64,000 nt of DNA from an uncultured Methanosarcinales archaeon (GTDB lineage Archaea; Nanobdellota; Nanobdellia; Woesearchaeales; UBA583), in assembly GCA_964429995.1 (NCBI GenBank), contig CAYSDY010000002.1, forward strand, positions 110,361-174,360. The letters are read 5' to 3'. This document shows, in pieces, positions 10,550-20,534 of this stretch. The translations under genes and the position numbers were made by a program. The notes beneath the pieces are model-generated. The model did not search any database. It had not been told where the DNA came from and saw only the letters and a list, made by a program, of their open reading frames with translations. Numbering within the stretch: the stretch's first letter is position 1; each line of letters starts with the position of its first letter.

Positions 10550-10659
10550 TTTATTCTTCTTTTACTTCTTGTGATTTTTTGTGATTCTTTTATATCAGCT
10601 TTGATACCACCATAAGCAACGCATGCTAGTTGCCATAAAACTTTTTCTGTATTTTCCAT
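10546..10659 (-). CDS. 37-aa peptide MENTEKVLWQLACVAYGGIKADIKESQKITRSKRRIK, candidate RiPP precursor
   Basis: Below the ORF-track cutoff. First ORF of the operon; its TGA overlaps the next ATG (ATGA, 10546-10549). Contains GG, W, C, Y and a basic C-terminal half. Confidence 0.6.
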   Translation of the reverse strand: MENTEKVLWQLACVAYGGIKADIKESQKITRSKRRIK

Positions 10660-10667
10660 TTTGAAGT

Positions 10668-10688
10668 ATAACAAGATTTACTTGTTAT
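10668..10688. promoter_or_regulatory. Palindromic operator-like site upstream of the peptide gene
   Basis: ataacaag-attta-cttgttat (8-bp perfect inverted repeat) 8 nt upstream of ATG 10659; TTTATAAA TATA-like box on the minus strand near 10707-10714. Confidence 0.4.
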
Positions 10689-10820
10689 GTATTTATGATT
10701 TTTATTTTTATAAATGTTACGATATTACTCGAAGTTAATAACATTAAAATTTATAAACTTTTGTTTATGTCACTACTAATTACTAAAACTTAAATAGTTT
10801 GAACTTTTAGAATATTATAG

Positions 10821-11948
10821 ATGCAGTTTATAGAATCATACAAATTTAAGCATAAAGATTGGAATCAAACAAAAATTAGAGTTTTGATTCACATGGTAAG
10901 AAATTTTGAACCTGAAAATCATAGACTATTTGCTCAAATGCTTTCAATGTTAGAACCTGAAAGCTCAAAGAAAATATTTGAAGAAATAAAAAATATGGGA
11001 GAGTATTTCAAAAGAATTATTGATATTGCAAATGTCGAAGATGAGAAGAATAATTTAGTTGAACAAATTTTAGCTTCAAAAAATGATTCAACAATTAATT
11101 CCACTGAAAGTTATGATGTATTGAGTATGTATAATAAATATAAAGAATCATTTTCTGAGTGGATGTTTACAAATAGAACTAAAAGGTATGCTACAAGTAC
11201 TGTAAATGAATGTTCTAAATTGTTTGCATGTGATGTTAAGAATATTTTAGATATTAGAAGAGAGATTGTAAATAATAAAAGCTTACCTCCTAGAACTAAT
11301 AATGCTTTTAGAGCTTTTTTGAATTTTGTAGAAGAAAAGACTCCAATTAGTCCGATTTTACTAAATGATTTAAGAGTATATATTAAAGGTGGTGTTGGAG
11401 AACATGTTGACAAGAGAGTTCCAACTAAGGAAGAAATTTTAAGATCAATTCAAACAATTAAAAGAGATTATTCCAATAACGATTTAATGCTTTATTATTT
11501 TTTATTTGAGTCAGGATGTAGATTTGAGGAACTTAAGAAAGTTATCTTAGAATTTGATTTTGATAAGTTTGTTGAAGGAGATGATTTTTCTTACTATAAA
11601 TTGTTTTGGAGAAGAGGAAAGAAGAACTCATTTATATTATTCTTTAGACCTGAAACTATAAAACATATTGTAGATAATTTAAAGATTTATCAAGATAATA
11701 CTTATTTAGAAAGGTTTAAAGATTGGCTTCAAGATAATCAAGATATTGAAAGTTCAAAGTATGTAAGAAAATTTACATTTACAGAAATGATTCATACTAG
11801 TGAGATTGATATAACTATTGCAAATCTGTTTCAGGGAAGAACAACAAAAGGAGACATTGGTGAGAAACATTACTTGGAATATGAAAGATTACTAGTTAAA
11901 TGGTATCCAAAATTTTTACCATTTGCAAAAGAAATTGAAGGTGAGTAA
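10821..11948 (+). CDS. Tyrosine recombinase/integrase (archaeal SSV1-C-like)
   Basis: Catalytic motifs SGCRFEE, KYVRKF, FQGR, EKHYL. Confidence 0.85.
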   Translation: MQFIESYKFKHKDWNQTKIRVLIHMVRNFEPENHRLFAQMLSMLEPESSKKIFEEIKNMGEYFKRIIDIANVEDEKNNLVEQILASKNDSTINSTESYDVLSMYNKYKESFSEWMFTNRTKRYATSTVNECSKLFACDVKNILDIRREIVNNKSLPPRTNNAFRAFLNFVEEKTPISPILLNDLRVYIKGGVGEHVDKRVPTKEEILRSIQTIKRDYSNNDLMLYYFLFESGCRFEELKKVILEFDFDKFVEGDDFSYYKLFWRRGKKNSFILFFRPETIKHIVDNLKIYQDNTYLERFKDWLQDNQDIESSKYVRKFTFTEMIHTSEIDITIANLFQGRTTKGDIGEKHYLEYERLLVKWYPKFLPFAKEIEGE

Positions 11949-12005
11949 AAGTCTTTAGAGACAACTTTATAAATAATCTTGTTATGAATATGTTAGGATA
12001 CAAAA

Positions 12006-13031
12006 ATGAAAGATTTAACAATCAAAGATGAAATTACTGAATTTATTATATATAAAGCACCTAATGAAGAAATTAAGGTAGAAGTATTTTTACATAATGA
12101 AACAGTCTGGTTAACGCAAAAAAGAATGTCGGAACTTTTTGATGTTGGAATCCCTGCAATTTCTAAACATTTAGATAATATTTATTCTGAAGGAGAATTA
12201 GATAAAGATTCAACTATTTCCATTTTGGAAACAGTTCAAAAGGAAGGAAATAGAGAAGTTAAAAGAAAACTCGAGTATTATAATTTAGATGTAATTATTG
12301 CAGTTGGTTATAGAGTTAATTCATATAGAGCAACTCAATTTAGAATTTGGGCAACAAAAATACTCAAAGAATACATTATTAAAGGATTTGCAATGGATGA
12401 TAAGAGATTAAAAAATCCTAATAATGTTTTTGGTAAGGATTATTTTGATGAACAATTAGAAAGAATACGAGATATAAGAAGTAGTGAGAGAAGATTCTAC
12501 CAAAAAATAACTGATATCTATTCTCAGTGTAGTGCTGATTATGATTCTAAATCTAAAATTACTGAAGATTTTTTTGCAATAGTTCAAAATAAACTACATT
12601 ATGCAATCTCTGGAAAAACAGCTGCAGAAATTATATATTCTAGAGCAAATAGTAAAGAACAAAATATGGGACTTACTTCTTGGAAAAATTCTCCTAAAGG
12701 AAAGATTAGAAAAACTGATATTAGTATTGCAAAGAATTACCTTAACAATGAAGAATTGGATTCATTAAATAGAATTGTATCAATGTATTTAGATTATGCT
12801 GAAATGCAAGCTAAAAAGCAAAATATAATGTATATGAAAGATTGGGTTAATAAATTAAATGCTTTTTTAAAATTTAATGAAAGGGAAATCTTACAAGATT
12901 TGGGCAAAGTTACTTCTGAGATTGCTAAAGAGTTTGCAGAAACAGAATTTGAAAAATATCGTATCATTCAGGATAGATTATTTAAGAGTGATTTTGATAA
13001 GTTAATTGAAAAAAGTAGAGATATAAAATAA
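12006..13031 (+). CDS. rhuM: RhuM-family DNA-binding protein
   Basis: ETVWLTQKRMSELF, YYNLDVIIAVGYRVNS, FRIWAT, RIRDIRSSERRFYQKITDIY. Confidence 0.9.
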   Translation: MKDLTIKDEITEFIIYKAPNEEIKVEVFLHNETVWLTQKRMSELFDVGIPAISKHLDNIYSEGELDKDSTISILETVQKEGNREVKRKLEYYNLDVIIAVGYRVNSYRATQFRIWATKILKEYIIKGFAMDDKRLKNPNNVFGKDYFDEQLERIRDIRSSERRFYQKITDIYSQCSADYDSKSKITEDFFAIVQNKLHYAISGKTAAEIIYSRANSKEQNMGLTSWKNSPKGKIRKTDISIAKNYLNNEELDSLNRIVSMYLDYAEMQAKKQNIMYMKDWVNKLNAFLKFNEREILQDLGKVTSEIAKEFAETEFEKYRIIQDRLFKSDFDKLIEKSRDIK

Positions 13032-13953
13032 ATATTTTCAACATTGAATTTATGTTACCATGCTATATTGTAATAAGTTTTAGATAATTTATTTTTTTAT
13101 AAATTGTAATTTTTTATTTTTTAGTTGTTAATTAATGAATTTTGTTTGTTTGTGAATGTTTTTAGTGATTTTTTTTATTTTGCTAATTTTTTTTATCTCT
13201 ATGGAAGTTAATCGCCCCAAAAAGATTAGTTTTTATGTGGGTGTATTTTTGATGTTTTTTGAGGTGGGTTTGTTAATACATATATATGAAATTTTTGGAT
13301 TTTTGTGACAAAAGGAAAAGTTCATTTTTCTATTGATTTTTTAATTAAAAATTCAATTTGAAAAAATCTAAGTTTTTATTTGTTTTTTCAAGAAGTTATT
13401 AGGCATTAGTAATGTTAATTGCTATTTTTGGTGATTTTTTTTGAATTTATAGTGGCGTCTAGAAATAAGAGATAATTTTAAAATATATAAAATCGCCACT
13501 ATATGCCAAAAATGATATTTACTAGTATTTTTGAGTTTCTTAAAAATACTATTTAAATAGCATTTTTACTATATATGAATTTGAGTTTGGAAGCTTTCAG
13601 TTGTTTTCCCACCAAAATAGTTTTTTTTATGAGTTGGTTTTTTCTGTTTTTTGGATGTTTGCTCTGAGTATACATACTAAATCTGAAAATCGTGTTTTTA
13701 AATTATGGTTTTTTGGGATTGAAATAAAATTTTGTGAATAAAACAAAAGTTTGAAATTAGCTTCAAATTGAAGAGTTTTTGGTATTTTATGATAAGTTGT
13801 AGGTCAATTGAGAGTTTGTATTGAATTTTTAGGTTTGAAGTGGGTTAATTTGGGAATTGAAGTTAATAAAAAACTATTTATTTGCTGTCTTTAGTTATAA
13901 TAAGTAATAAAGTATTTAAATAAACTTAATTAAAAATTATTATATAATAAAAA

Positions 13954-16500
13954 ATGGCTAAAAAAAAAGTAAAACTTATTCCAGTCAAAGAAAAAACTAG
14001 TACTGATGATTTTAAAGATCAAGTTAAACAATATACTCATCAAGAATCTAAAAGGATTAATAACCCTCCTATTGGTTTAGTTACAGCAGAAACTGATAGT
14101 TTGAATGGAGTTAAAAAATATGAATATGATCCACATTTAAATCCTCAATTAGTTTGGGCTGGAAAGAAAGAAGGAATTAGTTTTGAAGTTGATACCGTTT
14201 CTCTTCATGTTCATGAAAGAATAGATCCATTATCTATTATTGAGAATGTGAAGAAAAGTGATGGTGAGATACAATTTTCTCTTTTCCATTATTTTGAAAA
14301 TGATAACAGACCTATAAGAGAAGCGATTGAATTTTATAAACACGAACAAAACTGGTCAAATAGATTAATTGCAGGAGATTCTTTGATTGTAATGAATTCT
14401 CTTCTTGAAAAAGAAGGAATGACTAGAAAAGTTCAGATGATTTACATTGATCCACCTTATGGAATTACTTATGGTTCTAATTTTCAACCATTTGTTAATA
14501 AACGAGATGTGAAAGATAGAAAAGATGAAGATTTAACTCAAGAGCCAGAAATGATTAAAGCATTTAGAGACACTTGGGAATTAGGGATTCATTCGTATTT
14601 AAGTTATTTAAGAGATAGATTAAAACTCTCAAAAGATTTATTGACTGATAGCGGAAGTTGTTTTGTTCAAATTTCTGATGAAAACTTACATCATGTAAGA
14701 GAAATAATGGATGAAGTTTTTGGTCCTGAGAATTTTGTTAGTCTGATTGCTTTTAAAAAAGGATTAGGATATTCTGAGAAATTTATTCCTTCTGTTTATG
14801 ATTATTTAATTGTTTATGCAAAGGATAAGACTCAGCAAAAATATAGAAAACCTCTTGTTTTTGATGACGAAGAGAATTTTATTACTTTTGGTTGGATTGA
14901 ATTACCTAATGGTGAAAGAAGAAGAGTTTCTAAAAAAAACGATTTTGTTAATGATAAATTTGTAACTAAAGGGAGATTATTTCAAACATCAACTTTAGTT
15001 TCTAAAGGTTCTGCTAAAGAATCACAAGAATATGAAATGGAAGGAACAAGATATTTCCCTTCGACAGGAACACATTGGAAAACAAAATGTCCTGAAGGAT
15101 TAAATAATTTGAAAAGTAAAAATCGTTTAATTGGCGTGAATAAAACTCTTGCTTTTGTAAGATTTAAAGAGGATTTCCCATATAAAATACCAACTAATGT
15201 TTGGGATGATACATTACAAAGTACATTTTCCTCTGATAAAGTCTATGTTGTACAAACTAATACTAAAGTTATTCAAAGATGTATTCTTATGACAACCGAC
15301 CCAGGAGATTTAGTATTAGATCCTACTTGTGGAAGTGGAACTACTGCATTTGTTGCAGAACAATGGGGAAGAAGATGGATAACTTGCGATACATCGAGAG
15401 TTGCTACAACACTAGCAAAACAAAGATTAATGACATCTATTTTTGATTATTATGAATTAGCTCATCAAAATGAAGGGATTAAATCTGGTTTCAAATACAA
15501 AACTGTTCCACATATTACTTTAGGTTCGATTGCAAATAACGAGCCAACAAATGAAGAAACTTTATACGACCAACCTTTTATTGACAAAAAGCGTAGAAGA
15601 GTTACTGGTCCTTTTACCTTAGAAGCTGTTCCATCTCAGAGAGTAACAAGTTTTGAAGATGTTGAACAAGCAATACAAGAACCTGATATGACAATTGCTC
15701 GTTCTGGAGAAACAATGAAACAGAACGATTGGATTGATGAAATGCTTGCAACAGGAATAAGAGGAAAAGCAGGACAAAAAATTGAATTTGTAAGAATAGA
15801 AACTCTTGGTGGAACAAGATGGGTTCATGCAGAAGCAGAGACTAAAGACGGACAAAAAGTAGTTATTTCTTTTGGTCCCCAATATGCACCATTAGAACAA
15901 AGGCAAGTAGAATTGGCAATTGAAGAATCTCAATCATTAGTTCCAAAACCAAAAATGATTATTTTTGCGTCATTCCAATTTGATCCTGAAGCAGCCAAAG
16001 ATATAGATGAGTTAAAATGGCCTGGAGTCAATATTCTAAAAGTTCAGATGAATACTGATCTCTTAACAAACGACTTAAAGAAAAAGCGTTCAAGTAGTGA
16101 ATCCTTCTGGTTAATGGGACAACCAGATATAGAAGTTAAAAAACAAAACGATAAATATGTTGTAGAAGTAAATGGATTTGATTATTATAACACAAAAACT
16201 GGTGAAATCGAATCTGGAGATTCTTCAAAAATTGCAATGTGGGAATTGGATACTGATTATGATGGAAGAAGTCTTTATCCAAGACAAGTGTTTTTTCCAA
16301 TGGCTGGAAGTGGAGAAGGTTGGGATAAACTCGCAAAAAACATTAAAGCAGTTATTGATGAAGAACTAATTGAACAATATAAAGGAAATATTTCAATCCC
16401 TTTCAAACTTGGTCCAAATAAAAGAATAGCTGTAAAAATTATTGATGATAGGGGAATCGAATCTTTAAAGATTGTGGAGATTAAAGATGGAAACAACTAA
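13954..16500 (+). CDS. mod: Type III restriction-modification methyltransferase (Mod)
   Basis: IYIDPPY (motif IV) precedes DPTCGSGTT (motif I), the beta-class order; adjacent to Res. Confidence 0.9.
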   Translation: MAKKKVKLIPVKEKTSTDDFKDQVKQYTHQESKRINNPPIGLVTAETDSLNGVKKYEYDPHLNPQLVWAGKKEGISFEVDTVSLHVHERIDPLSIIENVKKSDGEIQFSLFHYFENDNRPIREAIEFYKHEQNWSNRLIAGDSLIVMNSLLEKEGMTRKVQMIYIDPPYGITYGSNFQPFVNKRDVKDRKDEDLTQEPEMIKAFRDTWELGIHSYLSYLRDRLKLSKDLLTDSGSCFVQISDENLHHVREIMDEVFGPENFVSLIAFKKGLGYSEKFIPSVYDYLIVYAKDKTQQKYRKPLVFDDEENFITFGWIELPNGERRRVSKKNDFVNDKFVTKGRLFQTSTLVSKGSAKESQEYEMEGTRYFPSTGTHWKTKCPEGLNNLKSKNRLIGVNKTLAFVRFKEDFPYKIPTNVWDDTLQSTFSSDKVYVVQTNTKVIQRCILMTTDPGDLVLDPTCGSGTTAFVAEQWGRRWITCDTSRVATTLAKQRLMTSIFDYYELAHQNEGIKSGFKYKTVPHITLGSIANNEPTNEETLYDQPFIDKKRRRVTGPFTLEAVPSQRVTSFEDVEQAIQEPDMTIARSGETMKQNDWIDEMLATGIRGKAGQKIEFVRIETLGGTRWVHAEAETKDGQKVVISFGPQYAPLEQRQVELAIEESQSLVPKPKMIIFASFQFDPEAAKDIDELKWPGVNILKVQMNTDLLTNDLKKKRSSSESFWLMGQPDIEVKKQNDKYVVEVNGFDYYNTKTGEIESGDSSKIAMWELDTDYDGRSLYPRQVFFPMAGSGEGWDKLAKNIKAVIDEELIEQYKGNISIPFKLGPNKRIAVKIIDDRGIESLKIVEIKDGNN

Positions 16501-19288
16501 TCATTTAATCATAAACAGCCCTTATGAAAAACCACAAAAACATCTAAAGTATTTAAGGGAAATTAGAAAATTTGAATTGGTTGAAGGAAGAAGACCTGCG
16601 GGCTATGTTGTTGCTTCAGAACATTCTAAGAGTTTTGATGATCCCGGTATTTTTGTTGAGTTAGAACTCGCAAATAGAATAAGAGAAAGAGTTCAAAAAT
16701 GGAAAGACAATAATTATCCCGGAATTTCATCAATAACTAAAGATTTACTTGAACATTGGAAAAATCAAGATAGAAATTTAAGGTTCTTTTTTTGTCAGAT
16801 TGAAGCAATTGAAACTTTAATTTGGTTAATCGAAGCTCCTGAAAGTGAGAAACAAGGAATTGAAATTCCGTTTGATGGGGGAGATATTCAAAGAATATGC
16901 TCCAAGATGGCAACTGGAACAGGAAAAACAATAGTTATGGCTATGTTAATTGCATACAACATAATAAATAAAGTTACTTATTCAAAAGATACACGATTCT
17001 CAAAAAATGTTCTTGTTGTTGCTCCAGGATTAACTGTAAAAAGTAGACTTCAAGTTTTACTTCCTGATGCTGATGATAATTATTATGAAGCATTTGATAT
17101 TGTACCGCAAGATTTGTATGATAAACTAAGACAAGGAAGAGTCAAGATAATTAACTGGCATTCTCTTGATTGGGATACTCAGGATAGAATTAACAAAAAA
17201 ATTGAGAATGGAACTCTTAGAACTGTTGATAAAAGAAAGAAAATTGAAATTAGTGATGAAGCATATATAAAAAATGTATTGGAAGAGTTGTCTGATGCAA
17301 AAAAAATTTTGGTTATTAATGACGAAGCACATCATGCTTGGCGAATTAATCCTGAAGCAAAAGGAAAATATCAACGAATTGGTGAAGATAAAGACAGTGC
17401 TGAAGAAGCAACAATTTGGATAAGTGGATTGGATAAAATAAATAAATCTAGAGGAATTATCCAATGTCATGATTTTTCTGCAACTCCTTTTTATCCTTCT
17501 GGTAAAAAAGTAGGGGAAGATCAGCTTTTTACATGGATTGTTAGTGATTTTGGACTAAATGATGCAATAGAGTCGGGACTAGTAAAAACTCCTAGAGTGG
17601 TTATTCGTGATGATGGAAAACTCGACAAAAAAATGAAATCTCGTTTTTACCATATTTATATGGATCCAACTGTTAAAAGTGATTTAAACAGAAGTGTTGA
17701 AGCAGAAGTTCCTCTTCCTGATTTAATTGTACAAGCTTATTATCATTTAGGAAAAGATTGGTTAGAAACACTAAAACTATGGAATAGTTCAAATCCTCCG
17801 TCTGAAGTTCCTCCAGTTATGATTACAGTTTGTAATAGAACCGAAACTGCTGCAAGAGTTGAAAATGCTTTTTTGAAAGGTAAAATAAAGATTGATGAAT
17901 TAAAAGATTCAAGTAAAACCTTGAGAATTGATTCAAAAATTTTATCTGAAGCTGAAACTAAAAAAAACACCACTGAGATTAATTCAGAAAATAAGCTATC
18001 TAAAGAAAAACAAGCAGAATTATTAAGACAGCAAGTTGATACTGTTGGAAAAAAAGGAATGCCTGGAGAACAAATCCAAAATGTAATTTCTGTTGGGATG
18101 TTATCTGAAGGTTGGGATGCAAAAACAGTAACTCATATCATGGGTCTGAGAGCATTTTCAAGTCAGTTATTATGTGAGCAAGTAGTCGGAAGAGGATTAA
18201 GAAGAGTCTCTTATGAAGTTGATGAAGAAACAGGACTATACAAACCCGAATATGTAAATATTTTCGGCGTTCCTTTTACATTCTTACCACACGAGGGCGG
18301 AGAAGATACTCCTCCGGAGCCACCTAAACCAAGAACTAGAATTTTTGTTGATGATATCAAAAAAGAACATGAAATAAAATGGCCCAACATAATTAGAATT
18401 AATCATGTATATTCTTCACAACTTCATTTAGATATGAAAAATGTTAAGAGAATAGAATTAAGACCAGAAGATACTCCTTTCAGAAGTGAACTTGCTCCTT
18501 TTTTGGAAGGAAAACCTGATAGCACCAAACTAAGTGAGATAAATCTGAGCGATGAAAAAATTGAAGAAATGTTAAAAGTCTTAAGGAAACAAAGACTTAT
18601 TTTTGAAATTGCAAGAGATATTTTTGATCAAGTAAAACCCAATTGGTCTGGCAAAAGGGAACATTTACTTATTCAAATAGTAAAAATTGTAGAAGATTTC
18701 ATAAATTCTAACAGGTTGATAATTAAAGGAGAAATCTATAAAGAGGATTTGAAAAAAAGATTATTAATTCTTCTTAATATGAATAAAATAGTACAACATT
18801 TATTTAATGCAATTAGATTTGAAAATACTGAAGAATTAGTTCCTATATATGATAAGGAAAAACCTATAAAATCAACTGCAAATATGATGACTTGGTACAC
18901 GACAAAACCTTGTGAACTTAATAGAAAATCACATATAAGTCACACAATATTTGATAGTACTTGGGAAGCAACAGAAGCATTTGAATTAGACAGAAATGAA
19001 AATATTGAGTCTTGGGCAAAAAATGATCATCTGAATTTTTATGTTAATTATGTATTTAATGGAGTTATTCATAAATATTATCCTGATTTCTTGATAAAAT
19101 TAAGAAATGGTAAAATGTTAGTATTAGAAGTAAAAGGATTAGATAGTCAACAGAATAAAACAAAAAGAGAATATTTCAAAGAATGGATAGATGCAGTAAA
19201 TAATGATGGTCGTTTTGGAGTTTGGGAATTTGATGTTTCTTTTAGACCTGCAGACATAAAAGACATTTTACAAAAACATTCTAAATAA
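16487..19288 (+). CDS. res: Type III restriction endonuclease/helicase (Res)
   Basis: MATGTGKT, NDEAHH, SATP, EGWD, QVVGRGLRR; C-terminal YPDF...LEVKG nuclease. Start at ATG 16487 after GGAGA. Confidence 0.9.
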   Translation: METTNHLIINSPYEKPQKHLKYLREIRKFELVEGRRPAGYVVASEHSKSFDDPGIFVELELANRIRERVQKWKDNNYPGISSITKDLLEHWKNQDRNLRFFFCQIEAIETLIWLIEAPESEKQGIEIPFDGGDIQRICSKMATGTGKTIVMAMLIAYNIINKVTYSKDTRFSKNVLVVAPGLTVKSRLQVLLPDADDNYYEAFDIVPQDLYDKLRQGRVKIINWHSLDWDTQDRINKKIENGTLRTVDKRKKIEISDEAYIKNVLEELSDAKKILVINDEAHHAWRINPEAKGKYQRIGEDKDSAEEATIWISGLDKINKSRGIIQCHDFSATPFYPSGKKVGEDQLFTWIVSDFGLNDAIESGLVKTPRVVIRDDGKLDKKMKSRFYHIYMDPTVKSDLNRSVEAEVPLPDLIVQAYYHLGKDWLETLKLWNSSNPPSEVPPVMITVCNRTETAARVENAFLKGKIKIDELKDSSKTLRIDSKILSEAETKKNTTEINSENKLSKEKQAELLRQQVDTVGKKGMPGEQIQNVISVGMLSEGWDAKTVTHIMGLRAFSSQLLCEQVVGRGLRRVSYEVDEETGLYKPEYVNIFGVPFTFLPHEGGEDTPPEPPKPRTRIFVDDIKKEHEIKWPNIIRINHVYSSQLHLDMKNVKRIELRPEDTPFRSELAPFLEGKPDSTKLSEINLSDEKIEEMLKVLRKQRLIFEIARDIFDQVKPNWSGKREHLLIQIVKIVEDFINSNRLIIKGEIYKEDLKKRLLILLNMNKIVQHLFNAIRFENTEELVPIYDKEKPIKSTANMMTWYTTKPCELNRKSHISHTIFDSTWEATEAFELDRNENIESWAKNDHLNFYVNYVFNGVIHKYYPDFLIKLRNGKMLVLEVKGLDSQQNKTKREYFKEWIDAVNNDGRFGVWEFDVSFRPADIKDILQKHSK

Positions 19289-19310
19289 TTCCATTTTGGG
19301 TATAAAATGA

Positions 19311-19394
19311 ATGTAACTACAATGTAACTGAGGGAGTTATAACTTCTCTTTAATTCATTTAAAAGATGCTTTTAGATGTAATTACAATGTAACT
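19311..19394. repeat. Pair of 19-bp direct repeats with an internal palindrome
   Basis: atgtaactacaatgtaact (19311-19329) and atgtaattacaatgtaact (19376-19394), one mismatch; agttataact palindrome between them. Confidence 0.75.
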
Positions 19395-20037
19395 AACAAT
19401 AATCTAAATACAAATTTCCAAAATCAGTAACTCTATTGTTTTCATCTAATATTCCCATTTCCTTACATTTTTTCAAAACTTTATAGACATACTTTTTATC
19501 TTTAGGATATGTTAATACATATTTATTCATGTTAATCTTTTCATTCCAACCAGGTTCAATTCCTTTTCTAAATCCTTCAAGTATTTCTCTTTCTTTGGGA
19601 TGTAAGTCTATTTTTATTATTGGAAATGTTTCTGCAACATTATCGTGACTTAAAAAAGTTAATTTGTATATGTCAGAATTTCTTATATATGATATTAAGG
19701 TTAATATGCTTCCAATTCTTTTATATCCTGCTGAAATTTCAAAATGGAATTTCACATTAGGAAACTGCTTTTTAATGTTATCTAATTCTGTTATTATTTG
19801 TTTTCCAATGTTGTATGTTGATTGCCATGAATCAATTTGAAGCCATCTTTTATATTCATAATTAGTTCCATCATATTTAGAATAAAATGTTTGATCTTGC
19901 TTTGGACCATTCTTTCCTTTATAACAAAATCCGAAATTTTCGGTATTCTCAACTAATGCTAATACACCATCATATTTTTTTTGATGAGGATAATTTAAAC
20001 TTTTCCCAGACCCAATTGCAGTTACATAAAACTTCAT
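19393..20037 (-). CDS. CARF/Csa3-like Rossmann domain + C-terminal wHTH transcription regulator
   Basis: FEISAGYK resembles the CARF (D/N)xSGGxK motif; C-terminal LHPKEREIL...YVYKVLKKCKEMGIL...VTDFG is wHTH-like. Confidence 0.55.
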   Translation of the reverse strand: MKFYVTAIGSGKSLNYPHQKKYDGVLALVENTENFGFCYKGKNGPKQDQTFYSKYDGTNYEYKRWLQIDSWQSTYNIGKQIITELDNIKKQFPNVKFHFEISAGYKRIGSILTLISYIRNSDIYKLTFLSHDNVAETFPIIKIDLHPKEREILEGFRKGIEPGWNEKINMNKYVLTYPKDKKYVYKVLKKCKEMGILDENNRVTDFGNLYLDYC

Positions 20038-20122
20038 AATTCTATCTAATTTAACACATTTTATATATTTTTCGCTTTATCTAAGAAGAATTACTTATAA
20101 AGTTTTAAAGATATTAGTATTT

Positions 20123-20434
20123 ATGGTAAAAACTAAACCAACAAAAGTTACAAGAACTGTAGATGAAGTTCTAGATGGAGATACTTTTAGAGTTAAAACA
20201 AAAGTTAATGGATCTAATTATATTAGATTAGAAGATATAGATACTCCTGAAAAAGGTGAAAGAGGTTACTCTCAAGCAAAACAAGCTTTGAAAAAACAAA
20301 TTGAAGGCAAAAAAGTTACAATAACAACTTCAACTAAATGTCATTTTGGAAGACCTCTTGCAAAAGTCACACAAAATAGAACAAATGTCAGTAAAAGTAT
20401 GGATAAATTTTCAAAAAAAGGAGGTAAAAAATAA
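20123..20434 (+). CDS. Thermonuclease (staphylococcal nuclease-like)
   Basis: VLDGDTF, IRLEDIDTPE, FGRPLA; no signal peptide. Confidence 0.85.
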   Translation: MVKTKPTKVTRTVDEVLDGDTFRVKTKVNGSNYIRLEDIDTPEKGERGYSQAKQALKKQIEGKKVTITTSTKCHFGRPLAKVTQNRTNVSKSMDKFSKKGGKK

Positions 20435-20534
20435 TAGTTTTTTACACATTAACAATATTTATTTCAATTTTTTAATAATTTGGGATAAAAATTGTTAATG
20501 TTATTTATAAAAAACAATCGATTCATAATTAAAA

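Noticed and set aside
10681..11986. cttgttatg present on both sides of the first integrase as possible att sites
   Set aside because: A 9-bp AT-rich match is likely by chance.
13201..13308. 35-aa hydrophobic ORF (MEVNRPKKISFYVGVFLMFFEVGLL...) as a type I toxin
   Set aside because: The hydrophobicity is expected from the T-rich composition; no RBS or antisense evidence.
19311..19394. Possible mini-CRISPR array next to a Csa3-like gene
   Set aside because: Only two 19-bp units, shorter than CRISPR repeats, and no cas genes in the window.
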